Positions 24,375-35,780 of a stretch of DNA of 64,000 nucleotides are shown here, piece after piece. Where the stretch lies: positions 181,109,741 to 181,173,740 of the forward strand of contig CM041465.1 of NCBI GenBank assembly GCA_023213395.1. Direction: 5' to 3'. Source of the stretch: Cycas panzhihuaensis (lineage: Eukaryota > Plantae > Cycadophyta). Numbering within the stretch: the first letter of the stretch is position 1; each line of letters starts with the position of its first letter. Under the pieces are notes generated by a model, which did no database searches, was not told the origin of the DNA, and worked only from the letters and a program-made list of their open reading frames with translations. A program made the position numbers and the translations under genes.

Positions 24375-27300
24375 GTTTGATTGCTTCCGTGACTGGAAAG
24401 CAATGGTGGAAAACGAAAGTGATAAGAAAATTAAATCATTAAGAAGTGATAATGGCAAGGAATATGACAATCATGTGTTTAATCAGTTCTGCCACGATCA
24501 TGGTATAAAGCGGGAATTTACGGTCCTGTATACCCCACAACAGAATGGAGTTGCTAAAAGAAAAAACCATACCATGATGGAGATGGCAAGGCGTATGCTG
24601 CACACTAAAAACCTACCACCGATGTTTTGGGCAGAGGTTGTGGCAACTACTATTTATATTTTGAATTGGGTACCCACTCAAGCAGTTTGTAGCATGACCC
24701 CTGAAGAAAAATGAACCAGTCAAAAGCCTGTCATTAGCCATTTGAAAACCTTTGAGTGTATTGGATATGGCCACATCCGATATGACACTCACAAGAAGTT
24801 GGATCGAAATGGTTTGAAGTGTATCTTCATGGGGTATTATGATCAGAATAAAGCTTACAGACTATGGGATCCACATTGGAGAAAGATTGTGGTTACTCGA
24901 GATGTAAAATTCGACGAGTCATCAAGGTATCATGCTGATAAATCGTCAGAAGAGCCTTTTTACCCCCCATTACTTCTGTTCACAGATTCGTCAAGCAAAG
25001 AGGCTAATGAGTCAATCGATGGAATACATGAGGAGGCAAGACCAAGTGGGTCAAGTAATAGCGAGGAGTCGTCACGAGAAGAAGCACCTCTAGCAACGGG
25101 TCCTTCTATACCATTATGGGCAAGGAAGACTTGAAGATTCTAGCGTGGCAATGCATACCCTTACTAATGAGAGATAAACAAGAAGTCAACATGCCAATCG
25201 AACTCTGTTGGTAGACACCAACAACCCCAGTGATTTTGATTCGTTTGATGGGGCGAAAGGAGATCCATGATGGAGAGTTGCAATGGAGGAAAAGTATGGT
25301 TTGTTGATAAAGAACGATACATGGGATTTGGTTCCGCTCCGTCCCACAAAAAACCTCATTGGATGTAAATGGGTCTGTAAGATGAAGTTCCACTCTGATG
25401 GAGAGGTGGACAAGTACAAGCTTGTTACTCAAGGGTTCAAACAGAAAAAAGGAATTGACTATGAGGAGACGTTTACACTAGTCTCCAAGATGACAACGGT
25501 CCAGTTGATCATTTCCTTAGGAACTGCTTATGGTTGGGAGTTACACTAGATGGACATCAAGTGTGCATTTCTTAATGAAGATCTAAAGGAAGAGATACAC
25601 CTGTCGCAACCTCTAGGATTCATTAAGGAAGGCTAGGAGCATCTTGTATGTCAGCTAAAGAAATCAATCTATGGCCTAAAACAAGCACCATGTGCTTGGT
25701 ATAAGAAGATTGATGCCAAGTTAAAAGCTGAAGGTTTCAAAATTTTTGAACTCGACCCGAATTTGTATGTGAAAAGGAGGGACACTTCAATAGTTGCTTG
25801 TGTGGTGTATGTGGATGATCTAATCATCAGTGGCAACTGTGGCAAGACTATTGTAGAAGTCAAGTCCAATTTGGGAGCTTCTTTTGACATGACAAACCTC
25901 AAGAGACTTCACTATTTCTTAGGCATTCAGATCAAGCAAATGGACGATTGAATTGTGTTGTTGCAATCGCAGTATATGAAGAACCTACTAGAGAAGTTTG
26001 GGATGTAGAATTGTAAACCTATTGCAACACCATGTGTTAAGGGTGCAAGATTGCAGAAGCATATGGCCAAACCCTCTGTAGATGGAACGAAGTATCACTA
26101 ATTGGTAGGGAGTCTGATCTACTTGACTCATACCAGACCAGATATCGCCTATGTTGTTGGATTGGTATCCCGATACATGCAAAATCCTCAGGAGCCACAT
26201 TGAGTTGCCACGAAGCGGATTCTGAAGTGCCCGAAGGGGAAAATCAATCTTGGTCTCAAATATCGTCAAGGTGAGGAGACAAGGTTGCATGGCTACACGA
26301 ATGTTGATTGGGGAGAAGGCTCTAGCGATCGGAAGTCCATTGTTGAATACATATTTGGTGTCGGTAATGGATTTGTTTCATGGCAGTCAAAGAAGCAGCA
26401 AACAGTGGTGTTATCTTCTACAAAGGCTAAATATCAAAGACTCAGTGCTCGTGCGAAGGACGCTATATGGTTGTAAGGTCTCTTGGAGTTTCCAATGGAC
26501 ATCCAATTATCTTTGTTGATAATCAGAGTACCATTCATTTGTCGAAGAAGCTAGAGTTTCGTACACGTATGAAGCATATCAAGATTCAACACCACTACAT
26601 ACGTGAACAGATCAAGTCAGGGAAGTTGTAGGTCGACAATTGTCCAAGTGAATTCCAGATTACAAATGTGTTCACCAAGCCACTTACTGAAGATCAATTC
26701 ACAATGATGCGCACCGGATTAGGACTCACCGATGTTGTCTTTGAGGGGGGATGTATCGACAAGGATAAAGAAGCTGCAAGATAGTCCTAGCCTTCGTGAT
26801 AACACAATTGTTACAAGTTGCAGGCTCCCCACATTCACATTAAGGGGGGATGTTAACGTGGCAGTTGTATGCTAAGCCACCAATTAATGTTCATGTGGTT
26901 TAACTAATGGTGATTAACGAAAAGATGTCAGAGATATTTGAAGGGTCACAACCCTTGTCGAGTGACACCTCTTGGAAGGATATATATATATCCTAGAGCC
27001 CTTGTATTTCCATAGATCATTGGAGTGTAAGCAATGTGATCCAAAAGGATCTTTTGTGGTGGGTTTTTTCCTGAAAGGGTTACCCATGTAAATCCTGAGT
27101 ACTGTAAATATGTATTCTGTGTCTATATTTGTTTTCTTGTTGTGTATGGTTAAAGATTCTGCGGATAGGAACATATGTGTATGATTTCATGTTCCCAAAC
27201 AAAACGATAGGAGGAAAAACTCCACAGTAAATAGGTCAAGCCACCAAAAATGGATGAAGAAAAGCAGTCTCCACAGTGATGGTGTCAACAAAGACAACAT

Positions 27301-27633
27301 AACAAGGGCGACTCACAAGCAGAAGACATAGAACAAGTGCCACGAATGACCAAACAACGAACCATGAGCAAATACATATGCAACTCACAAATGAAGCAAA
27401 ACAAGCTACATATAAATGGAGCATAGTCACATGTAGAGACAATCAATGGTAATGAACCATGAACAAATGGGAGCACACAACCTTCAAGTACGTCAAACTA
27501 CATACATAACAGAAAATAGGTAGTTCTTCAAACCCTCACAGGTAATGACAAACTGGAAAACTGGCGATCTGCAAGAGGTACTGACTTCACCTTCTCACTG
27601 CTTCTTAATCATTCTCAAACCGCTTTGATACCA

Positions 27634-27818
27634 TGTTGAACTCGCAATTTCTTCTTCATATTGACAAAAAATAAAATGATACAAAATGATTTCACATACT
27701 TGATACAATGATAAACAGATAATATCCTTATATAGTTCAAGATTTCATTTGGGAGGGATCGACCATTATTGCATTTGAGAAAGGCCGACCACTTAGATAA
27801 ATGTGCATTATTCCAACT
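27634..27818 (-). repeat. C 5' LTR
   Basis: Adjacent to the tRNA-iMet PBS; followed by TSD ggaat. Confidence 0.93.
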
Positions 27819-28189
27819 GGAATACTTATTTAGGGGACTTCATTTTGAGGTATAATTCAATACACTTGGAGATAAATTTAAATGGTAGACATTAGAAGAT
27901 AATTAAGAGGCCACTCGGGAGGTTGTAAAAGTTGGAGTTTCGCCCAGGATTTCAGAAATCAAGGACTATCGAACATAAGGAAAGAATGGATCAAGTTTTT
28001 AAGGACCTTTAAAGTCTTAAGGAAAATTTTGAAAAGTAAAAGAAGAGATACATAAGCTATCCATTGAAGTAAGCAACACAACAAAATTGTTAACAACAAA
28101 GGATTTCAGGAAAAAAGAGAGCACCAACGGTGGCAACGACAAAGAAGAAAAATAGAAAAAAAATATAAAAGATATGGGGAAGGAATATA

Positions 28190-29386
28190 AGAAATACGAG
28201 GACCACTAGCAATCAATCTTTCGCCATAATTTAAAGGTACTGGTCTATCCCTAAGATGGTAAAATTGAAGCAGACAAATAGATAGCAAAAACAAAAACTA
28301 CTATCAATGAACTCCGTATTAATAACATACGTGTATAGATCAACTTCGCCATAGACCATCTAACGGGATCTATGCATCATTGGGCAACATTCTGGAAAAG
28401 GAAAGGAAAAGCTTACAATTTCAAATATCTTGTGGAAGCCTTTCAAGAACAAATAGAAGAATTCAAGAGGGCTAGCACCTCCTTCACTAAGGGTCCTCTA
28501 CCATATATCAGTAATCCACGACCCACAATACGAGCCAAGGTTCTCTACTCTAGAGTAAATATGTCAAATGAAGTGAATAGCATGATGCATCAAGAGAAGG
28601 TTAAATATCAAATCACTCAAAGACAATTCAATGTCATGATAGCGCCTGAAGTCCCAAGCTTGAAATCCAAGAAAGTCAAGCCTAACAAGAGTAAGGAACC
28701 TTGAGCTATCAAGATAATAGTTCTAACACAAATAGATCCTCGGGCATTACGCAAAGGGAGCAAAAAAGCAAAAAGGCTAGGGAAAAGGCACTCAACATTT
28801 GCCACATAGGCAAAAACCATTGGAGCAAAGGGAACTAATACATGAAGGAAAAGAATGCAAAGAAGACTCAAAGGAGGGGCAATCTTGTGATAAAGAGTCA
28901 ACTTGCACGAAAGAACCAAAAGAAAAGGATAGCCAGCCTAAAGTCTCTCACCAACCATGTTAGAGACACCACAAGCTAACACCATCAAGCTCTTTGGTTA
29001 CCTCAAAAAGCAAAAGGTTGTGATTCTCATCAATCTAGGCAATGCTCATAACTTAATCGGCACTCGGATAACCAAGAAATTAGGATTGAATATGAAGAGA
29101 GAAGTCCTACACCTCACACCCAAGAGGACAGAGCTTAGGTAGGGTTGAGCACCAACGACTTCACATAGGTAATTACGAGTTTTTGAGTGATTATTATCCC
29201 ACTTTTATAGAAGGATTTGATGTAATCTTAGGTATCAGATGGCTATGGACACTTGGGACTTACACCCTGAATCATGATAGGGGTTTCATCAAGTTTAGAA
29301 TCAATGGCCAAAAACACCAGCTAACAAGAAGTCACAACCCAACACTAAATGTTGAAACTATAGGAGGCAGCATGAGGAATAATTAA
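28190..29386 (+). pseudogene. B gag/protease remnants
   Basis: TIKLFGYLKKQKVVILINLGNAHNLI (cf. LIDSGSTHNFI) and GFDVILGIRWLWTLG. No RT or INT before the PPT. Confidence 0.75.
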
Positions 29387-29539
29387 GTTATTGGGCAAAA
29401 ATATCAACCTTCTAAGATTTGCACCCCAGGATCAAAGGACATACTTGCAGAAAGAAACACAAAGAATGATTCACTAAGACTAGGTTGGCTTCTTCACTAT
29501 AATATTCTTCCAAACCAAGGAGTTAAAGGAGGGGCATTA

Positions 29540-29755
29540 TGTAGGACAAGGGATGACTGCCCAGTTGCCCCGACCTACCTCAAGAGAGCAGCATAAGCCA
29601 TTATCAACGCTTTGTGGGTGAAGCATGTTTTGAAGGAGCAAGAATTGTTGTGGATGTATACTGTTAATGGAAGTTGGCCATAGCTATGGCCGGATCATAG
29701 ATTAATAGGAGTTGGCCTCAATCATAATTACTAGAAGTTGGTTTTATTAGGTATC

Positions 29756-29801
<46 letters not shown>

Positions 29802-30019
29802 CATTGGAAGTCGATTTTATTATTAATAGGAAGTTATTTTTTAAAAGGTGATCAATTTTGACACCTATAAATAGGGGATTAACATTCATTTACAAATCAT
29901 CTTTGTGAGTTAATCTATTTGGGGTCTTTTGACCATTTGCCTCTTAGGAGCTTCTACTCAACTTTCATTTTAGTTTTCTTTTGTCTTTGCGGACATAGAT
30001 CCAATTTAGGATCACTTTA
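29540..30019 (+). repeat. B 3' LTR
   Basis: Begins tgtagg after the PPT; ends atcacttta. Confidence 0.85.
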
Positions 30020-33000
30020 GATCAGAGAGAAAGTAGTAGTATTCCTTGACGACTAGACCCTATACAAGTTAATGAAGAATCACATGGACAATCTCAAAGA
30101 AATATTGCAGACATGCAGAGAAAATAACCTCTGCCTCAATTCAGAGAAATGCACTTTCTTGGTGACGTTTGGAAACTTGTTAGGGCACATTGTGAGCAAG
30201 GACAGATTGTTAACCGACCCAAGCAAAGTTTTGACAATTCTGCACTTCCCAACTCCACTAACATGGAAGCAATTAAAAGGATTCCTAGGATTAATGGGAT
30301 ACTACCAAAGATTTATCAGAGGATACACATGTATATCTAGACTTTTGGAACAATTGTTGAAGAAGGATGCGAAATGGGAGTGGGGAAAAGAGCAACAAGG
30401 CACATTTGAATCCCTAAAATTTTCCATAGCATCAACACCTATTTTGTGATTTCTAAATTAGGGCAAAATATTTCATGTCCATGTAGATGCATCGCAATAT
30501 GTGATTGGTCGTGTGCTAGCCCAGCTTGGCAAAGCAAATGTCAATCACCCCATCTATTTTGCTAGCAGGAAACTAACTCAAGCAGAACAAAATTATATGA
30601 TAATAAAACGAGAGAGTCTTGGAATGGTTTATGCTTAGTAGAAGTTTCAACACTATCTCTTACCAAATCCATTTATATGTTTATGTGGCACCAAGCATTG
30701 ATGTACTTAGTGAATAAACCTATATGAGAGGAAGAATTAGTAGGCGACTTATGTTATTCTAGGAGTTCACCTTTAAACTCTTGGTTAAGCCAGGAAAAGC
30801 CCATGTTATACCCAACCAATTATCACAAATCAAGAATGCAGAAGAAGCAATAAGCATAAAAATTATTATCCAAATGTAGCACTCTTCAGTATAGATGCAA
30901 TTCCGACAGAGTGGTACAAGGGGATTCCTGAATATCTTGCAACAGGCGAATTCCCACTAGACATGGGAAAAGACGGAATGAAGACACTTGGTTTGAAAAA
31001 CAGAACCATACTAGTTGATCCATGAAGAATTGTATCACCTTGGCCTTAACGAGGTACTTCGTCATTGCATTAAACTGCACGAGATCGAACAAATCATGAG
31101 CCAAGCATATGAAGGTGTGGCAGGAGGTCATATGGAAAAAATGGTGGGATGGCAGAAAGTGCTATCAGTCGGATTTTGGTAGCTGACAATGTTTGAGAAT
31201 ATTAAGAAATAGATCAAAAAGTGTAATTGCTACTAGCAAGTAGGGAAGCTAAGCCGTTAGGACTTTCGACCTCTCAACCCAATCCTACCTTTGGCACCAT
31301 TCGAGAAATGAGGCCTTGATCTCGTTGGGCCTATCAAACCAATAGCCCGACATTCCCAAGCTCAATACATTCTTGTTGCCATGAATTATATGACCCAAGT
31401 GGATGGGCACAAGACCATTAAGGAAAGTTGATTTAAAAAGTACAACCAGATTCTTGTACGAAGTGATCATCACACACTATGGATGTTCGTTGGAGATTGA
31501 TGGAGATTGTGAGTGACCAAGGTGCATATTTTCTAAATCAAGTGATAGAAGAATTGACATATGAATTCATGATCAGTCACTGAAAATCCACACCTTACTA
31601 TCCCCAAGCAAATGGACAAGTTGAAAGCTTGAACAAAATCATTGAGAATTGTCTTCAAAAAATATACGATGTAGGCAGAACTGATTGGGCAAAAACTACC
31701 ATCAGTGTTATGGGCCTTCAAAACTACATACAAGAGGACGACTAGACAAACACCACTCTAGTTGGTGTACAGAATGGAGGCTATTCTCCCAATTGAATTC
31801 AAGATACCAAGCCTGAGAATTGCCATGGCTTGTCGATTAGATGATTTCCATTCCTTACAAAAGCGACTACAACAACTAGTGCAGCTTGAGGAGAAAAGGC
31901 ATAAGGCAAAGTGGTTACAAAATATCCAAAAATGTGACAAAAAGCATGGCATGACTGCCACCTAAAAACACTTAAGTTTTAGTAAGGTGACCAAGTTTTG
32001 TTGTATGATAGTAAGTTTCGTACACAACCAGGGAAATTGAAGATGTTGTGTATCACCAATAAATTCTTTGGTAATGGCTCAGTCAGACTGAAGGAAATCG
32101 ACAAACCACAACTGCCAACCTTGGTCAATGGTAGTTGGTTGAAACCCTATCATAGCTAGGGCACAACAAATCCACCAGAGGAATCGATTCGTTGTATCAT
32201 ACGTGTTGCTTGACGTTGGAAACAGTCAAGGCTATCTCGGTGCCAGAATGTGATTCCAGCTTGGTACATAAACCAAAAGAGAAAAAACATAAAAATCAAA
32301 AAATAGAAAAAATAACGGTAAATCTTATGATGCAGTTAAGCAATATGACAGTATTATGAAAAAAAAAATGATGATGAGAAAGAGATATATATTAAAAGAA
32401 AAGGAAGGAAAAAATAAGAAAATCAAAATAGAAAAACTCATCATTGAAAAATTTACACAAAAGTTGAACTTTAAGTATACGTTCCTCCAAAATACACCAT
32501 GCATTCCAAAAAGGAATAGTATCGGGAATGTATATAACAGAGGAACACAAAGTGACAAAAAGAACTATACGTTCCTATAAGCATTCTAGTACAGTATAAA
32601 CGAGCAAAAACAAATGCCGAATCACCAAAATTGAGACTCATTTCAATGTGACCAAGTTCCAAAGTGACAAGCATCACCCGAAAAACACATCCCAATGGCA
32701 ATGACACCAGTTCCTAGTGCAGAACAGTCATACGTTCCTCCAACAAACGCACAAAATGTATTCAGGTTTTAGTGCAAAAACCCTACCTTTTCCTCTTGTT
32801 AGTCATAAGTACTACTTTCTGATTTTCCATTAGTGTCCAGAATGAAGATTTCAAGGTGTCAGGAAAATTATTTGCCCAAATTGAAGGCAAAATTGGATGG
32901 GTTACCAGCCTCATTCAAAACAAGGGTCAAACAAGCAAGATGGGGAGAATATATAGATCTGGCTCTGTTGTACTAGGACCCAGAACTAATGGAAAGCATC

Positions 33001-34850
33001 TTATTGGAATTAAAGAAAAATATCAAATGCATTCAGTTAGATGTTGAGATTATTCACACCATTATTGGACTTCCCAAGGAGTGAAATATCCCAACATCCA
33101 TAAAACGGTCATAAGTGGACCGTGAAACTTGGATAAGAGGAATGTGCAAGGAGAACACCAGATATTCTCGAGAGTAATCTGAGTGATAGATATTAGGGAT
33201 GTGAGACTTCAATGGCCAACAAAAGTGATAGTCACCTGATTTTTATCCAAATAAAAGTGCACATACATTCTAGGAGGTATGATGCTAGTGTTACCTCAAA
33301 TCCATGATGGAGTGCAAATTAATTGATCAGAATTCTTGGGCATGAACATGACATGGCAAATCAAGGAAGTGACTACCCACCCCTTTAGACATCCTCCCTT
33401 GTTATTAGATGCGTTGATACATCAGTGCTCGTAAGTACAACCTCCTCAACTACCCATTCGACCACAAGAGCCATTGATCAAGCAGTGGGTGGACGAATTC
33501 CTTAAATCTACTCAAGATAGGGAAGTGAAAAGAAGGGATAGGAAGGAGATGACAAGAATCTTGAAATGGTTACAATAGACACTAAGAAGTCCAATTTAGC
33601 ATCGCTCCAAACAGATGGTGAAAAAGAGCACCAAACGGAGACATGAAGAGGAAGAAGAAGTGGAGACCAAGCCCTCATTGGAGGAATGGGCCCCAACTGA
33701 GGAAGAATTCTCTCCCATTATGGAACTAAGAGAAACATCCTCCCAAACAGCACTGACAGAAGGAAATGGACAACAAATCATCCAGATGGTGGAGGCAATG
33801 GAAGCAATCTACAAGGCAAAAAAAACCCCTTTATAGGAGAAATTAAAAGAGAGTGATGCAGTTATAGCCACCCTCACCCAAATTAATGAAGATATACTAA
33901 AGGCCAATGAAGCTTCAACAAATCCAAGGCAATGGGAGCAGCATTGATACAAAGTAGGGGGTGAAAAAATCAAAAATTTTGAAAATTTTAAATTAAGCAA
34001 GGATGCTCAACCAATTTTGCTGAGTTGGGATAGATGTTGGTGCAAATTTTGGTACTTAGACCATTTTGGATCATAGAAAAGTGGGAACATATGCTTATTC
34101 TGACACAAGGAATGCATGAACACATCACTAGAGGGACGCACATGTAAACGTATGCTAGAAAACCACAGAGAAAATGACAAAACAACTGTCAAGGAACGCA
34201 TGATAGGGTACGTTCCTGAAAAGAATGCATGTGATGCAGAATGCATAGAAGGGAACGTATGGCAAGCACGCCCAAATCAAAGACATACATTTTAAAGATG
34301 TTGACTTTATAAGTGGATACATGTCCATACGATCATATGGACATAATAAAGTGTAATGAATGAGTGTTTGGTAGAATCATAATGAAAGGGTGCTTTGTTA
34401 TGAAATGGAATGGTTGTGACCATAAGTCACAACCATTCCCCAAAAGACATGTAAATTTTTTCCACCATTTTGGTGTGAAAGCTAAGTTATTTGATCTTAT
34501 GTCATACTCTCAAGGATGAAAGTCAAGTTAATGAGTCATCTAATATGTTCTCTAGTGTGAGAGTCAAGTGTTTGAGTCTTGTGATACATTCCCAAGTGTA
34601 TAAGTGTGAATATTGAAGCATATGTCATGATTCATGGTGGAACGCATGTAGGATGCGACCATTTTTAGTGATGTAAGGACATTGGCAATGATATTACTTA
34701 ATATAATAACGAGTTACATGGAATACTAAGTATCTTGTGCATAATGGTAATTTCATGGTGAATGTATGATGGATTATTAATTGGTATATGGCATAATGAT
34801 GATGTTATGATGTTTTCTTGTTATGATAAGTGTATGAGAAAGTGATGATA
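30020..34850 (+). mobile_element. Gypsy element A, 3' part (RT C-half, RH, INT, extra ORF, 3' LTR from 34035); right boundary approximate
   Basis: LNSEKC..LLGHIVS..LKGFLGLMGYY; HVDASQY; PFEK*GLDLVGP; YPQANGQVE; EAILPIEF. The 3' UTR/LTR junction ggatagatgttg is shared with J. Confidence 0.85.
32842..33945 (+). pseudogene. Decayed extra ORF downstream of A's pol (plant-mobile-domain-like, with a coiled-coil tail)
   Basis: MKISRCQENYLPKLK...LDVEIIHTIIGLPKE resembles the PMD motif TLEDV.xILGLP. The tail IATLTQINEDILKA matches J's IATLTHINEDMLRA. Confidence 0.6.
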
Positions 34851-34853
34851 TAA

Positions 34854-35171
34854 CTATGTTGACCAAGCCCTGACTAGACTATTGGTTAGTGATCCCTTGA
34901 CAAGTGTATTCTCGTAAGGATAGTGAGAGAAGTCAACTAGAAGATGTCTAAAAACATGCCAGAAGCCCTCAATGCTTAGGTCTAATAAAATTTCTCCATC
35001 CTTTAAATAAATGATCCTTCTATCAATGTTGAACTTTTCAGCACATAGCAAAACTAGATCGTGAATAGTTGCAAACCTCTGCCATAGAGGCCATTTAGAC
35101 CCAACCAGATTGCCATAGCTAAATATCCTCTCTCCTTTAATATTCATAAAACTTCTCCAAATCCATTTCAA
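34854..35171 (-). pseudogene. Fragment of another retroelement accessory ORF
   Basis: DLVLLCAEKFNIDRRIIYLKDGEILLDLSIEGFWHVF resembles TE extra-ORF/PMD-type sequence; no boundaries defined. Confidence 0.4.
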
Positions 35172-35780
35172 TATCGAGTTTAGTATATGTAATAAGTGGC
35201 ATCTTTCTTAGGGTTTCTAATTTCGAGCTCATTTTCTATTTATTACAAAATTTTAAATTTCAAGATTCAAATAGATTAATAAACGATTTCAATGTTACCT
35301 TCGATATTTGGGATGATCTTCGTAACCTGCTTGCTTCATGGCACCCTGTTCTCCATGCTTTCTCATTTGAAACTCTTCGTAAATGGCGTGAAGAACTTGT
35401 GAGAAGATGATCTTGATGTATCATCATTCACACGATTTTGTAATTAATACAAGTTGCATATCCTTTTGTTCCATTATGTTTTGCACAATCTCACTTCACT
35501 TGACCTTTGATTTTCAAAAAGAAAACTCACAAAAGTGTGAAGTCACCTAGCAGGGCTCATCATCCACTTTCCTTTTATCAAACTAAGCTCTCTTCAACTC
35601 CACATTGGTCAACATCACTCGACCTTATGATTTGAGGAATTGAAGTGTGGTTTGTGAAATACAAAGGCTTCTTGAAAATGGCTTCAACATTTCGTGACTT
35701 CGCATCCTGAGAAATCAATAGTCACCTTTGATTCCTGCTTTCAACTGAATTCAACAATCTCCCTAACTTTAGTATTCCAC

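Larger units (their letters stand above)
18440..27201 (+). mobile_element. Copia element G (5' LTR and start of gag lost; interrupted by F); left boundary approximate
   Basis: CNYCKKDGHKEKNC, WILDYGAQKH, INT YFLKQRSEVF|DCFRDWKAMVENES..LRSDNGKEY, RT YVDDL, RH. PPT aagggggga followed by 3' LTR 26851-27201 (tgtta...aaca). Confidence 0.85.
2776..27818 (-). mobile_element. Copia element C (decayed; hosts D, E, G and F)
   Basis: 185-bp LTRs at 2776-2960 and 27634-27818; TSD GGAAT (2771-75 / 27819-23). PBS (rc gctttgatacca) ends at 27633; PPT at 2961. RT/RH 3070-4714, INT 4900-5044 + 12121-12900, protease ~17470-17720. Confidence 0.93.
1998..30019 (+). mobile_element. Element B: non-autonomous Gypsy (gag + protease only; ~3 kb without nested inserts) inserted in A's RT
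   Basis: LTRs 1998-2355 and 29540-30019, each with an (ATT)n tract. PBS tggtattaaagc at 2358; PPT aaaggaggggca just before 29540. A's RT reads ...KMI|REKVVVFLDD across the insertion; only gat is clearly duplicated. Confidence 0.85.

Noticed and set aside
32290-32710. Lys-rich and Phe-rich ORFs
   Set aside because: Low-complexity A-rich 3' UTR of element A.
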